From contig OZ024742.1 of assembly GCA_964016885.1 (NCBI GenBank), positions 314,216,001 to 314,280,000 of the forward strand: a stretch of DNA of 64,000 bases. The letters run 5' to 3'. The stretch comes from Eledone cirrhosa (taxonomy: Eukaryota). The notes under the pieces were generated by a model that made no database searches, was not told where the DNA came from, and saw only the letters and a program-made list of their open reading frames with translations. Positions 24,911 to 39,181 of the stretch are shown here, piece by piece. A program made the position numbers and the translations under genes. The number at the start of each line of letters is the position of its first letter. Positions within the stretch are counted from its first letter, which is position 1.

Positions 24911-25834
24911 TATGTATAATATACATATCATATATATATATATCATATATATATATATAATATACATATAATATATATATATAATATACATATAGATATG
25001 TATCATATATAATATATATGTATACAGACAATGGGGTGGGGGAGGGGGGAAGACTGGTACTGAGAAGGTGGAAAGCATATTTTTAAATAATCACGAACAT
25101 AAAATATATTCATTTAAATATATTTCATATAAATAGCAATATAACTTGCGCTGTTTATCTATTTTCAAAATCACTCCTCACACACACACACTCTCTCTCT
25201 CTCACACACACACACATACGTATGCATACATACATGCAAACACATACACACACACGCACAAACAAACACACACACACACATACACACACCACACATACAT
25301 ATATATCTATATAGATTTGTATGTATATATCTATGTTTATGTATGTATATATAGATATATAGATATATATATATATATACGTTCAATGTCTGTAAAGGAG
25401 CAAAATCACATGATTGTCAATACACATTTAGAATAAAATAGCTGGTATTCAATTCAAGTAGTTTATTAGTGTCCTGCTATATAATACAGAATTACCTATC
25501 ATCTAGAAATGCATCTATATCTGTCTATATATAATTTAACGGCAGGCGGTAGTATAGTACTATTGTACAATAGAAGTAGTATTTGGTTGTTGTTATAGAT
25601 AGTCAGCCTTCCTTGGATGCAGTCTACAATTGTTGTGAGTAATATCGATTTTATAGACGCAGCCTGAAATTGCTTTTGGTAGTATTGATATTATTAACAT
25701 ATTTTCTACGGAAGCAAGCGCAAGAGGTAGTTCACGCTTTTTGCCAGTCATTCTATATAGATTCATGTTAAGTAATAACAGGAAATATCCTTCGTATATA
25801 GAAATTAATATACGCGATGTCAGCCTATATCAAT

Positions 25835-26035
25835 TTCTAATTTAGGCACAAGGCCAGTAAACTTCGAGCAGGAGAATGTCGATTAAATCGATCCAATTAT
25901 TTAACTGGTATATATTTAATCGACGCTTTAAAGTTAAAAGGTAAATTTCACCTCGGTATCATTTGAAATCAGAAAGTAAAGGATTGTAAACGTATGGCAC
26001 AATGGTATGTTATCTAGCACTCTGCCAATCCTTCA
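25835..26035 (-). mobile_element. Degenerate SINE
   Basis: aggcacaaggccag...cgattaaatcga...atttgaaatcag...ctgccaatcc. Confidence 0.6.
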
Positions 26036-26571
26036 CCATAATATCAATCATATATTAAAGGAATTGTGAACTTAAAACGGAGGTACTAGCTAGGCACATT
26101 TGACAGTGTAGAGGGATCTACCATGTTATTAGTGAATAAACCTGGTCAACCTTAATAATACTGGTTTAGCAAAAGAAGCGAGATTTTGGATAACACGTTT
26201 CTCTATGTGTTCTGCAATAGCAACAGGAATAAGCATGACAACATAATTACGATCAACAATTGTGGATCGCATTCTGTGAAGATTTAATTCTGTGTATGTC
26301 ATATCTAACCTTGCCTTATTCAACGGTAGTGCATGCTTCGAGATCGATTGGACTGGTAACTTTAGCAGGTCTATCGAGCAACTATATGTTTCTCTGCTGA
26401 CTCGTGTTGTTTGTAATATTTTACGGAGATGAATAAGATGCTGTGAGAAAATGGTGTGACTGTTATCGAGTAGAGAGTAGATCCCAGAATAAAGGAACAA
26501 GTCATGCTCATGTGCATATATGCATCTCATATATATATATATTGTTCTATATTTTTGAGACGAGGAATTAT

Positions 26572-27244
26572 TTACATTATATACATTGGACGGATAGGTG
26601 TCTTCATCTTGTTTTGTTGTTAACACAACATTTCGGCTGATGTACTCTCCAGCCTTCAGAAGGTGTCCCAGTGATGTTATTATTAACGTTTGTTCAGGTC
26701 ACTGCCTAGAATTGTACTCGGAATCTTGAGGTTAGTAGCCCGCTTTTTAAACACTTTTTTTTTCTCGTAAAGCTGTAACACGAGGAGAGATCGATAAATC
26801 GGGTATAGCTGATCATCTATGGAAAAACGGACACCACCTTCCCCTATGGGATGAAGTTAAAACAATAGACAGAGGACACCACTGGAAAACATGAACACTA
26901 AAAGAGGCAGCACATATGCTAGGAAACAATAACCTCCTAAGCAGACCTAGTGCAGATATAAGTAGTATATGGGAACCGGTATTGAGGAAGGATGGAAAAA
27001 TATCAGTTTATAAGCCCTAAAAATTCACGAGAAAAAGAAAGAGAAAAAAATTCACGAGAAAAAAAAAAGTGTTTAAAAAGGGGGCTACTAACCTCAAGAT
27101 TCCGAGTACAATTCTAGGCAGTGACCTGAACAAACGTTAATAATAACATCACTGGGACACCTGCTGAAGGCTGGAGAGTACATCAGCCGAAACGTTGTGT
27201 TAACAACCAAACAAGATGAGGACACCTATCCGTCTAATGTATAT

Positions 27245-27250
<6 letters not shown>
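26572..27250 (+). mobile_element. 5'-truncated Penelope-like element: GIY-YIG C-terminus + terminal repeat with inverted upstream copy
   Basis: 26770-26990 translates KAVTRGEIDKSGIADHLWKNGHHLPLWDEVKTIDRGHHWKT*TLKEAAHM...ISSIWEPVL. Arms 26572-26768 and 27054-27250 are inverted repeats. Confidence 0.8.
27155..27201 (+). ncRNA. Minimal hammerhead (core mutated to CUGCUGA) in PLE terminal repeat
   Basis: ggacac-CTGCTGA-a-ggctg-gagagtacat-cagcc-GAAA-CG-TT-gtgtt. Confidence 0.55.
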
Positions 27251-27279
<29 letters not shown>

Positions 27280-27448
27280 CTGCTGCAATCTGAACAGGAT
27301 GGTTATATATGGGCACCGACATATCCCAATGATTGCATAACAGATTGCGTAAGATTCTGATGAAGTCACATGCATAACCATGTAACAGACATATATATAT
27401 CATGCAATAATTGTGGTGAAATAATTCCGTCTTAACTAATCGTACATG

Positions 27449-27518
<70 letters not shown>

Positions 27519-28300
27519 CTCTAAGTGTAACACATACCGAACCTTGAATGCCCATGAAAGATATTTCAACAAAAATCATTTTTATACAACACTAATATAA
27601 AACCTATCAATGATTATATACATCATTTATATATACGATTGCCTCACACATCACGTTGTTTCTGATTTTCTTTTGTTTTAGCTTTTCATGTTCTTCACAA
27701 ATCATCTGAACTGGTCTTTAAGATTTTTAAATATCCAATTATGTATATCCTCTCTCGCCCATTGTTATGATAATCTAGGCCTTCACCCACAAACTATCGT
27801 TTGTAATTCCTATTTGACTAATATTTCCCACTGGACATAATCCTACATCCTTATTTTGGGAATACCTTATGGTTTAAATAGAGGTAAAGCTGATAAAACC
27901 AATAATGTTTTGGGTTACAAAATGTAGTTTAGTTTTGCTAGTTTCTGTCCAAATCTCATTATAATACAAGTTCCATGCCAGACGAATTTGTCTATCCTTC
28001 CTATACGAAAATATATATTACTCGATGTAAATAGCAAGTCTCAATTTATATATATTACAAATATTTCTCTGTCTCTTCCTTCTTTATTTCATGCAATCTA
28101 TATTCAAATAACAAACACTCTCTTTTATATTGTAAAACGTGTTGTTGAAATGTCTACTCAAGTTATACAGCGTACAGTATAAATAAATATCTCTGTTATA
28201 TAAATACGAAATACTTTCTGTTTAGCGTCTATTTTGTGCTAGCTCTGCCGTTTTCATAAACATTATACACTCACACAAACATATACATACATAAAACAGA

Positions 28301-28950
<650 letters not shown>

Positions 28951-30711
28951 TTGTGTGTGCATGTTCGTGTGTTTATAACACAAACTCGGTAATCTATATA
29001 ATCTATATTTTTGTTCGGAACAGTGTTCGTACACTTTTCTTCTATGTGTATGGTTGCTATTGGCTCCCATGGAGAATTCATTAGATTAACGTCTTTTCGC
29101 AAAATCCCTCATTAGCCCGGCTCTATACATTAAACGTTGTTATAAGCAGCGATATATTACCGCTCAGTTAGAGATAGCAAGCTAATCCATATTGTGTCTT
29201 TGTCTGTTCAATGAAAAGAGATGATGTGAGCAACTTTCATATTTCCATACATTCATTGTTATAGCGGGTATCTAACAGCTTGATATAATGAAAACTATTG
29301 GCTATATGTAAAACTATGCACCGATCATATCATTTGAATACGGTGTTGAATATAAAGAGAATGATCATAATACCGAAAAGCGAGAGGGTTATGATAATGA
29401 TGGTGATGGTGATGTTGAAAACGAGGAGGAAGAGTATGTTGATGGTGGTGGTGGTGGTGGGGATAATATCGTGATGGTGATGGTGATGATGGTGTTGGTA
29501 ATGGTGGTGAAGATAGTGATAAAGATGCCGGTGGAGCTGTTGGTGGTTGTTGTGACTGTTGTGGTGCTTTTAGTGGTGTTAGTAGTGTTGGGGGATGATA
29601 GAGCTGTTGCCGTTCAGGATGATGATGCTGAATCTGTTATCTAAAAATATTTGTAATAACGATGTCTAATGCTGATATTGTGGCACTTATTTAAGCGGCA
29701 GAGTAAGGTCACTTATATAGACCCAAGTACTTGATGTTTCTATAACCCTTGAAAGATGGGAGCCAAACTTGAGTAGTGTTTGAAAGTATCAACGGAAACA
29801 ATAGAGCCACAGAAGAAAAGGAGATCTTAGATTTATAACCGTAAAATTGTCTACTGCAGAAATCAAATGAGAAAATATTCTAACACTCTTTGGCAAAGAC
29901 TACAAATATCCAGACTTTAAATATTTTGTCATCCGAATTGCGTTGCACTAACAGAAAAACTGCTATTTGCTGAACTGTGTTAGCTTTACAACTTTCTTTT
30001 CTTTTCTTGATTAATAAATACTCACCTAATCACGCTCGCAAAAATATCGTACTGAAGTAGTTTGGCAGTTTTAGAATACATATAATACGCTTCTAAATAT
30101 TACCTACTAATTTCCAAAATATTCTAATGTGTTATTGTGAGTTCTGAAAGGACATTATCGTTTGAAGTATCTAATGAACAAATGGATAATTTATCTTGCA
30201 AAGTATGCGGTTGAAATCAAATACCTCCTAACTGACATAACGTATGAGGGAATCGACTTTCTGTGATGATATCCATTCTCTTGTTGTTGTTCTTGTATTC
30301 TCCTTTGTCAACGGAAAAGAGATTTCCACAGAAAATCCGTACCATAATCCCCATGCTACCAGTTCGGGTTATAATAACATTTATCTTTGTACATTTTGAA
30401 TCGTATTGCGTAGAACTAATATAATCAGTTTTATATTTATTGCTGTTTTTATCATTTTCCAATATGAAACGCCTGCAAAAATGACCTCCAATTTGTCTCT
30501 TAGCCTCTCGTTTGTTGTAAACGATGCTTAAATGCACAACATACGTCACCCTGATCCATCTATGACACCTGTTACTAATTGTGAAATACATAAACGTTAA
30601 TTTATGTATGTTTTTTTTTTAAAACCCATACTGTTGCCTTTCTGTGAATAGACGAGTACATTTTGCGTAAAATATAGAAACGCTATCTTCATTCATTATT
30701 TATGATTTATG

Positions 30712-31042
30712 GATCTGAGTTCAAATCCCGCCGAGGTTGACTTTGTCTTTCATCCTTACGGGGTCGATAAAATAAAGTACCAGTAATGCACTGGTTAATT
30801 GCTGGCCTTGTGCATAAAGTAGAAACAATTATTTATGATTTATGGAATAAGGGGCGGTGGATTGGCAGTATCCGAAGACGGTCGGACGCCATGCTTTGAT
30901 GCATAGAGTTACGGCCCTTGCCATTCTGAGTTCACATCCCGCCGAGGTTAACTTTGCCTTTCATCCTTGTGGGGTTGATAAAATAAAGTACCAGTCATGC
31001 ACTGGCTATTTGCTGGCCTTGTGCCAAAACTAGAAACAATTA
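30712..31042 (+). mobile_element. Two tandem SINE insertions (truncated 30712-30831, full 30851-31042)
   Basis: Family match, with duplicated flanks attatttatgatttatgga and atttatggaataa. Confidence 0.85.
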
Positions 31043-31554
31043 TTTATGGAATAACACAGTGATATTTTATTATGACAGAGAATAGGGATTTATTCTCTAT
31101 ATGAGAGAACAAAAACGCTACCTAAGATGTCAGGGTCCAATTATAACCATCTCCCAAGATTGTAAGAGTGATCAAATTTGTGGCCTAATCATCAGGCGCT
31201 TGGACGAGGTTGAAGATACCGTTAAAAACTATAATGTGTTAAACGTTTCTTTATGAAATATTATTCATATATTATTAACATACTATAACAAAAGGAAATA
31301 ACCCAAGATATAAAATTGAAATGACTATGTTAGCGTTCATGTGTTTGCGTGTACTCAATATAGCAGATGCATGGTATCACGTGGTGGTATGTAATAACGT
31401 TCTATTTTCTTGTCTTCTCCCTGCTAGTTGTCTCATGTAATCTAAAGATTATTCTCTGTCCTGTTTGTAAATCGCCTCTGGACATTGACGAATCTCGCCT
31501 TTTGTCCTGCCTGATACTAAACAGACGCCGTGATAATTTTCTCAGTATCTAGAG

Positions 31555-31893
31555 CAGGGGTTCTCAACCTGGTCCATGTGAACCACTAGTGGTCCACAGG
31601 AAAATTCAGGTGGTCCACAGAAAATTTTCAATAGCAAATTCTTTTCTGATCCATGCATTTGACTTAAAGCGCTGTTCTTATTCTTCGCATAAGTACGACT
31701 TCAGCTGTTTATTTGCGTAGATTTTTAGGCACTGCGACATGATAATAGCATTTTCTAATTCATTGAAAAAAAAACATCTACTGCTGCTTATAAGTAGCAG
31801 TTCTATTAGAAAAGATTTAAAAGTTTAGGTGGTCCACTGGAAAAAACTACTTATTTTGGTGGTCCACAGCAAAAAAAAGGTTGAGAACCCCTG
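31555..31893. mobile_element. hAT (Charlie-like) MITE
   Basis: TIRs caggggttctcaacc / ggttgagaacccctg, subterminal gtggtccac repeats, and 8-bp flanks atctagag/gtatagag. Confidence 0.85.
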
Positions 31894-33321
31894 GTATAGA
31901 GTATATTCTGGGCGTTTATAGCTACCATCCTTAAAATAACAAAAATTAGAATTTCTTTTGTTATTCGTGATATTCTCGAATATTCACGCTCAGAACGGAT
32001 GGCTGAATATCGGAAATTATATGTTTGTATCGTTTACTATTTGATATGCACACGCACATGCACACTCGCACGCACACACGTACACGCGCACGCATATACA
32101 TACATAGATACATACATAGATACATACATACATATTGGTGTTGTTAAATTTCCAATGAAAGTGTCTTGTATCTATGTTAGAAAATGGCTCTCTCTTTATT
32201 GGAAAAAAATAATAAAACTATAAAACCAGAAGAAGGTAATACACACATACATACATACATACATGCGTACATATATACATACATAATCAAATGTATATTA
32301 TAAACTCTCCTTCTGCTTCAAAAACTTCACCGTATTTCTTGGAACATTATTGACGCCGAAAATGAATCCCGTTTGCTATTAACAAAGTTGAAGCTTGTCA
32401 CAGTCTGAGGAATTTACTATTAGCAAGTAAAGAATATATTTAAGCATTCTGTGTTTATCGACAAAAAATATGTGCAATTTTTCCTGCATTTCGTCTTTTG
32501 GAAGAATATATAATTTTCTAGTCATTCGTTATCTTAAAAAAAAGTAATAAAATATATTTTGTCTATGATACAAATGGAAGACTAAATATAGATTTCTAAG
32601 AGTATTGATGAAGTACAAAATGTAAATTGATCAATTCCTTTATATGAAAATCTGTACGTATTCTGAAAGAGAAAAAAGAAAATAAATGTAATTCAAGAAA
32701 ACCTATAAACACAGCATTATATATCTTTTCTCGAAATAGAATCATTGAAATTTGAAGTTAATAGTTCCAAAGTAATGTTCAAATTGAATATGTTCTTTAG
32801 CTTTAATAGAATAACAAAATGTGTCACTCGTATATTTAAAAATTAGGTTATATCTGGAGAACGTCACAAGATTCTAGAATTCCCGGTGCAGTAATACATT
32901 CAACTCGCAAAAATGAATTCTACCTGGAGTCCAAAGGGTCACCTTTCCCACACACTACATCAAGTTCAATCTCACAGAGACTTAAATAAAGGGTGCAGAA
33001 GTTTGTGCAATGCTCAGACACGTGCATATTAATTTCATGTGAAGATTGTTCGGTGGTTTACCCAAAACAAAATATTAAGAATTGAATCGATTGAAAAGAT
33101 CCCAGACATCATTCGCTTAACGAATAGGGTGGAGCGCGTCAAATCGGACCGAAGACAATATTTCAAAGGGAGTCTAATTCTCTAAGCACTCAGCCACGCG
33201 CCTTCACAGAATCAATTGATCAGAGCTATATAATAATCATAAATAGGAAGAGAAAATAGACAAAATATATCTCTTTTTTTTCTTTACTGTTCCGACTGTA
33301 CAGTTTCGCCGACAACGTTCA

Positions 33322-33338
33322 ACTACTACTAATACTAT

Positions 33339-33397
<59 letters not shown>

Positions 33398-33431
33398 TTA
33401 CCTACTACTACTACGACCACCACCACAACCT

Positions 33432-33492
<61 letters not shown>

Positions 33493-33512
33493 GACCACCA
33501 CCACAACCACCT

Positions 33513-33552
<40 letters not shown>

Positions 33553-33567
33553 TACTACTTCTACTAG
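33322..33567. repeat. (CTA)n trinucleotide tract
   Basis: Direct reading of the sequence. Confidence 0.9.
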
Positions 33568-34022
33568 CTCTGATTAATTGATTATTTTTTAAATTCATTC
33601 CGTCATTGAGCAAAATTGGTAAAGTAGGGACTCTCCACAGATAAATATATATATGTATACTTATGTCTCAATATGTATGTGTATCTTCTTATTTGTCCCA
33701 TCTCCCTTACGGTCAAGTGAAATAGGTGAGTACTGAATGTTGTAGCAAATATATTACTCTCCAAACGTCCAGACTTTCGCACCCTTCTGCAACCGTTATA
33801 CCACGTGATAATTCTCCCTTCCGGCAATGTTTCACTTGTAGAGGTCAATTGAAGAATTCGTCCTTTCATTGAGGGGTCTCTTAAAATGTCAAAGTTTCAC
33901 AGGCCTGGTGCACTTTAGTTGCACTTTGACTGCATACTAGTTGGCGAATGTGTACAGCTGGGTCTTTGAAGTAGAAATTAGGTATATTTTGTCTGTTTCC
34001 CTCACATTTATAATTCTTATAT

Positions 34023-34091
34023 AGAAGAAGAAGGAGAAGAAGAAGAAGAAGAAGAAGAAGAAGAAGAAGAAGAAGAAGAAGAAGAAGAAGA
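34023..34091. repeat. (GAA)n microsatellite
   Basis: Direct reading of the sequence. Confidence 0.95.
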
Positions 34092-34494
34092 AACTTTACG
34101 TTTCAGATACTACTCCTTCATCATAATATAGAATAAGAAATAACAGATGCAATAGAAAGAGAGAAGAGAAAGGAACGGAAATTTTTTTTTATTTTCAGAA
34201 TAAAACACGTGTTTACAGTCGACATTATATAGAAATATGTATTGTTCTCTATATAGTTAAGTGTATAAGTAGCATATATATTTGTCCCCAGATTACTTTA
34301 TTTAATTCAGTTTTACCATTATCGTATACTCTAGAACTTTTGGATTGTCCTGCATCATATTGATTTCCGCCTATTTCGTTTTGAGTATTATATTACAAGA
34401 GAATACAGCAATTATACAGAGATGCTAACATAAGCACCACATCAGGTCTGCTGTCATTAACAGTATTGCATTTTCACCAGTACCGATGTTCTAC

Positions 34495-34502
34495 AACTAC
34501 TT

Positions 34503-34568
<66 letters not shown>

Positions 34569-34570
34569 TT

Positions 34571-34616
<46 letters not shown>

Positions 34617-35032
34617 CAAACAGCAGCATTACCAACACCACCAACATCACCAACACCACCACCACTGCTACTACTACTAATACTACAACTACAAGAACAA
34701 GTACTACTACTACAACTACAAAAACAACTACTACTATTATTACTACCACGACTACAACCACTACCACCACTACTAGTACTACAACTACAACAAGAACTAC
34801 TATTACTAATGCTACTACTAATACTAACAGCACCACCAAAACCACCACTATTACTACTACTACTAACATCACCACCACCACCACCACCACGACTAATATT
34901 ACCACCACCACCACCACTAATACTACTACCACCACCACCACCAGGACTACTATTACCACCAACACCACTACTACTACTACTACCACAATCACCAACACTA
35001 CTACTACTACTAACACCAGTACTACTACCATT
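34495..35032. repeat. (ACT)n/(ACC)n trinucleotide tract
   Basis: Direct reading of the sequence. Confidence 0.9.
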
Positions 35033-35051
35033 ATCAGATGATGTCGGCAGT

Positions 35052-38000
35052 GATAGTGTTTACGATAGTTGTGATATGACTGTTACAATGATAGTGGTTA
35101 TGATAGTTGTGATATGACTGTTACGATGATAGTGGTAAACAATAGTTGTGATATGACTATTACAATGATAGTGGTTACGATAGTTGTGATATGACTATTA
35201 CAATGATAGTAGTTACGATAGTTGTGATATGACTATTACAATGATAGTGTTTACGATACTTGTGATATGACTATTACAATGATAGTAGTTACGATAGTTG
35301 TGATATGATTGTTACAATGATAGTGGTTACGATAGTTGTGATAAGACTGTTACGATGATAGTGGTAAACAATAGTTGTGATAAGACTATTACAATGATAG
35401 TGGTTACGATAGTTGTGATATGACTATTACAATGATAGTGGTTACGATAGTTGTGATAAGACTGTTACAATGATAGTGGTTACGATAGTTGTGATATGAC
35501 TATTACAATGATAGTGGTTACGATAGTTGTGATAAGACTGTTACAATGATAGTGGTTACGATGGTTGTGATATGACTATTACAATGATAGTGGTTACGAT
35601 AGTTGTGATAAGACTGTTACAATGATAGTGGTTACGATAGTTGTGATATGACTATTACAATGATAGTGGTTACGATAGTTGTGATATGACTATTACAATG
35701 ATAGTGGTTACGATAGTTGTGATATGACTGTTACAATGCTGATGGTTACGATAGTTGTGATATGACTATTACAATGCTGATGGTTACGATAGTTGTGATA
35801 TGACTGTTACAATGATAGAGGTCACAATAGTTGTGATAAGACTATTACAATGAGATTGGTTACGATGGTTGTGATATGACTATTACAATGCTGATGGTTA
35901 CGATAGTTGTGATATGACTGTTACAATGATAGTGGTCACAATAGTTGTGATATGACTGTTACAATGATAGTGGTCACAATAGTTGTGATATGACTGTTAC
36001 AATGATAGTGGTTACGATAGTTTTGATATGACTGTTACAATGCTGATGGTTACGATAGTTGTGATATGACTGTTACAATGGTGATAGTTACGATAGTTGT
36101 GATATGACTGTTACAATGGTGATGGTTACGATAGTTGTGATATGACTGTTACAATGATAGTGGTCACAATAGTTGTGATATGACTGTTACAATGATAGTG
36201 GTCACAATAGTTGTGATATGACTGTTACAATGATAGTGGTTACGATAGTTGTGATATGACTGTTACAATGGTGATGGTTACGATAGTTGTGATATGACTG
36301 TTACAATGATATTGGTTACGATAGTTGTGATATGACTGTTACAATGATAGTGTTTACGATAGTTGTGATATGACTGTTACAATGATAGTGGTTACGATAG
36401 TTGTGATATGATTGTTACAATGATAGTGGTTACGATAGTTGTGATATGACTATTACAATGATAGTGGTTACAATAGTTGTGATATGACTGTTACAATGAT
36501 AGTGTTTACGATAGTTGTGATATGACTGTTACAAGGATAGTGGTTACGATAGTTGTGATATGACTGTTACAATGATAGTGGTTACGATAGTTGTGACATG
36601 ACTATTACAATGATAGTGGTTACGATAGTTGTGATATGACTATTACAATGATAGTGGTTACGATAGTTGTGATATGACTGTTACAATGATAGTGGTTACG
36701 ATAGTTGTGACATGACTATTACAATGATAGTGGTTACGATAGTTGTGATATGACTGTTACACTGATAGTGGTTACGATAGTTGTGATATGACTATTACAA
36801 TGATAGTGGTTACGATAGTTGTGATATGACTATTACAATGATAGTGGTTACGATAGTTGTGATATGACTATTACAATGATAGTGGTTACGATAGTTGTGA
36901 TATGACTATTACAATGATAGTGGTTACGATAGTTGTGATATGACTATTACAATGATAGTGGTTACGATAGTTGTGATATGACTGTTACAATGATAGTGGT
37001 TACGATAGTTGTAATATGACTATTACAATGCTAGTGGTTACGATAGTTGTGATAAGACTATTACAATGATAGTGGTTACGATAGTTGTGATAAGACTTTT
37101 ACAATGATAGTGGTTACGATAGTTGTGATATGACTATTACCATGATAGTAGTTACGATAATTGTGATATGACTGTTACAATGATAGTGGTTACGATAGTT
37201 GTGATATGACTATTACAATGATAGTGGTTACGATAGTTGTGATATGACTTTTTCAATGATAGTGGTTATCATAGTTGTGATATGACTGTTACAATGATAG
37301 TGGTTACGATAGTTGTGATATGACTATTACAATGATAGTGGTTACGATAGTTGTGATATGACTGTTACAATGATATTGGTTACGATAGTTGTGATATGAC
37401 TGTTACAATGATAGTGTTTATGATAGTTGTGATATGACTGTTACAATGATAGTGGTTACGATAGTTGTGATATGACTGTTACAATGATAGTGGTTACGAT
37501 TATTGTGATATGACTGTTACAATGCTGATGGTTACGATAGTTGTGATATGACTATTACAATGATAGTGGTTACGATAGGTGTGATATGACTATTACAATG
37601 ATAGTGGTTACGATAGTTGTGATAAGACTGTTACAATGATAGTGGTTACGATAGTTGTCATATGACTATTACAATGATAGTGGTTACGATAGTTGTGATA
37701 TGACTATTACAATGATAGAGGTTACGATAGTTGTGATATGACTGTTACAATGCTGATGGTTACGATAGTTGTGATATGATTGTTACAATGATAGTGGTCA
37801 CAATAGTTGTGATAAGACTATTACAATGATAGTAGTTACGATAGTTGTGATATGACTATTACAATGATAGTGGTTACGATAGTTGTTATATGACTGTTAC
37901 AATGCTGATGGTTACGATAGTTGTGATATGACTATTACAATGATAGTGGTTACGATATTTGTGATATGACTGTTACAATGCTGATGGTTACGATAGTTGT

Positions 38001-38720
38001 GATATGACTGTTACAATGATAGTGGTCACAATAGTTGTGATAAGACTATTACAATGATAGTGGTTACGATAGTTGTGATATGACTGTTACAATGCTGATG
38101 GTTACGATAGTTGTGATATGACTGTTACAATGCTGATGGTTACGATAGTTGTGATATGACTATTACAATGATAGTGGTTACGATAGTTGTGATATGACTG
38201 TTACAATGGTGATGGTTACGATAGTTGTGATATGACTATTACAATGATAGTGGTTACGATAGTTGTGATATGACTGTTACAATGGTGATGGTTACGATAG
38301 TTGTGATATGACTGTTACAATGATAGTGGTTACAATAGTTGTGATATGACTGTTACAATGCTGATGGTTACGATAGTTGTGATATGACTGTTACAATGGT
38401 GATGGTTACGATTGTTGTGATATGACTGTTACAATGGTGATGGTTACGATCGTTGTGATATGACTGTTACAATGATAGTGGTCACAATAGTTGTGATATG
38501 ACTGTTACAATGGTGATGGTTACGATAGTTGTGATATGACTGTTACAATGGTGATGGTTACGATAGTTGTGATATGACTGTTACAATGCTGATGGTTACG
38601 ATAGTTGTGATATGACTGTTACAATGATAGTGGTCACAATAGTTGTGATATGACTGTTACAATGGTGATGGTTACGATAGTTGTGATATGACTGTTACAA
38701 TGGTGATGGTTACGATAGTT
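35052..38720. repeat. 38-bp minisatellite, about 96 copies (gatagttgtgatatgactgttacaatgatagtggttac)
   Basis: Period of 38 (for example gatagtt at 35064 and 35102) maintained for about 3.7 kb. Confidence 0.95.
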
Positions 38721-38835
38721 GAAATAAGAACGACAAAATTAATTAATATGTAAACGCAATTTAGATGACAAAAATAATTAAACTTAATGGAACATCACTA
38801 CAGTAACATTATTAATAATAATGACAACAATAATG

Positions 38836-39024
38836 ATAATTCTTTCTACTTTTGGCACAAGGCCAGCAATTGTCACAGTGTATTACTGGTACTTTATTTC
38901 ATCGACCCCCGTTAGGATGAAAGGCAAAGTTATCCTTGACGGGATTTGAACTCAGAATGGCAAGGGCCGTAACTCTATGCGTCAAAGCATGGCGTCCGAC
39001 CCTCTACCGATACTGCCAATTCAC
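38836..39024 (-). mobile_element. SINE flanked by a 64-bp inverted duplication
   Basis: Family match. 38747-38810 is the reverse complement of 39025-39088. Confidence 0.85.
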
Positions 39025-39129
39025 AATGTTACTGTAGTGATGTTCCATTAACTTTAATTATTTTTGTCATCTAAATTGCGTTTACATAATCATAATGATA
39101 ATAGTAATAATAATGGTCGTAGTAATAAT

Positions 39130-39180
<51 letters not shown>

Positions 39181-39181
<1 letters not shown>

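Noticed and set aside
30851-30945. tRNA gene
   Set aside because: The A/B boxes belong to a SINE head continuing into the family body, with no complete cloverleaf.
35052-38720. CRISPR-like periodicity (38 bp)
   Set aside because: Units are head-to-tail with no unique spacers, there are no cas genes, and the context is eukaryotic.
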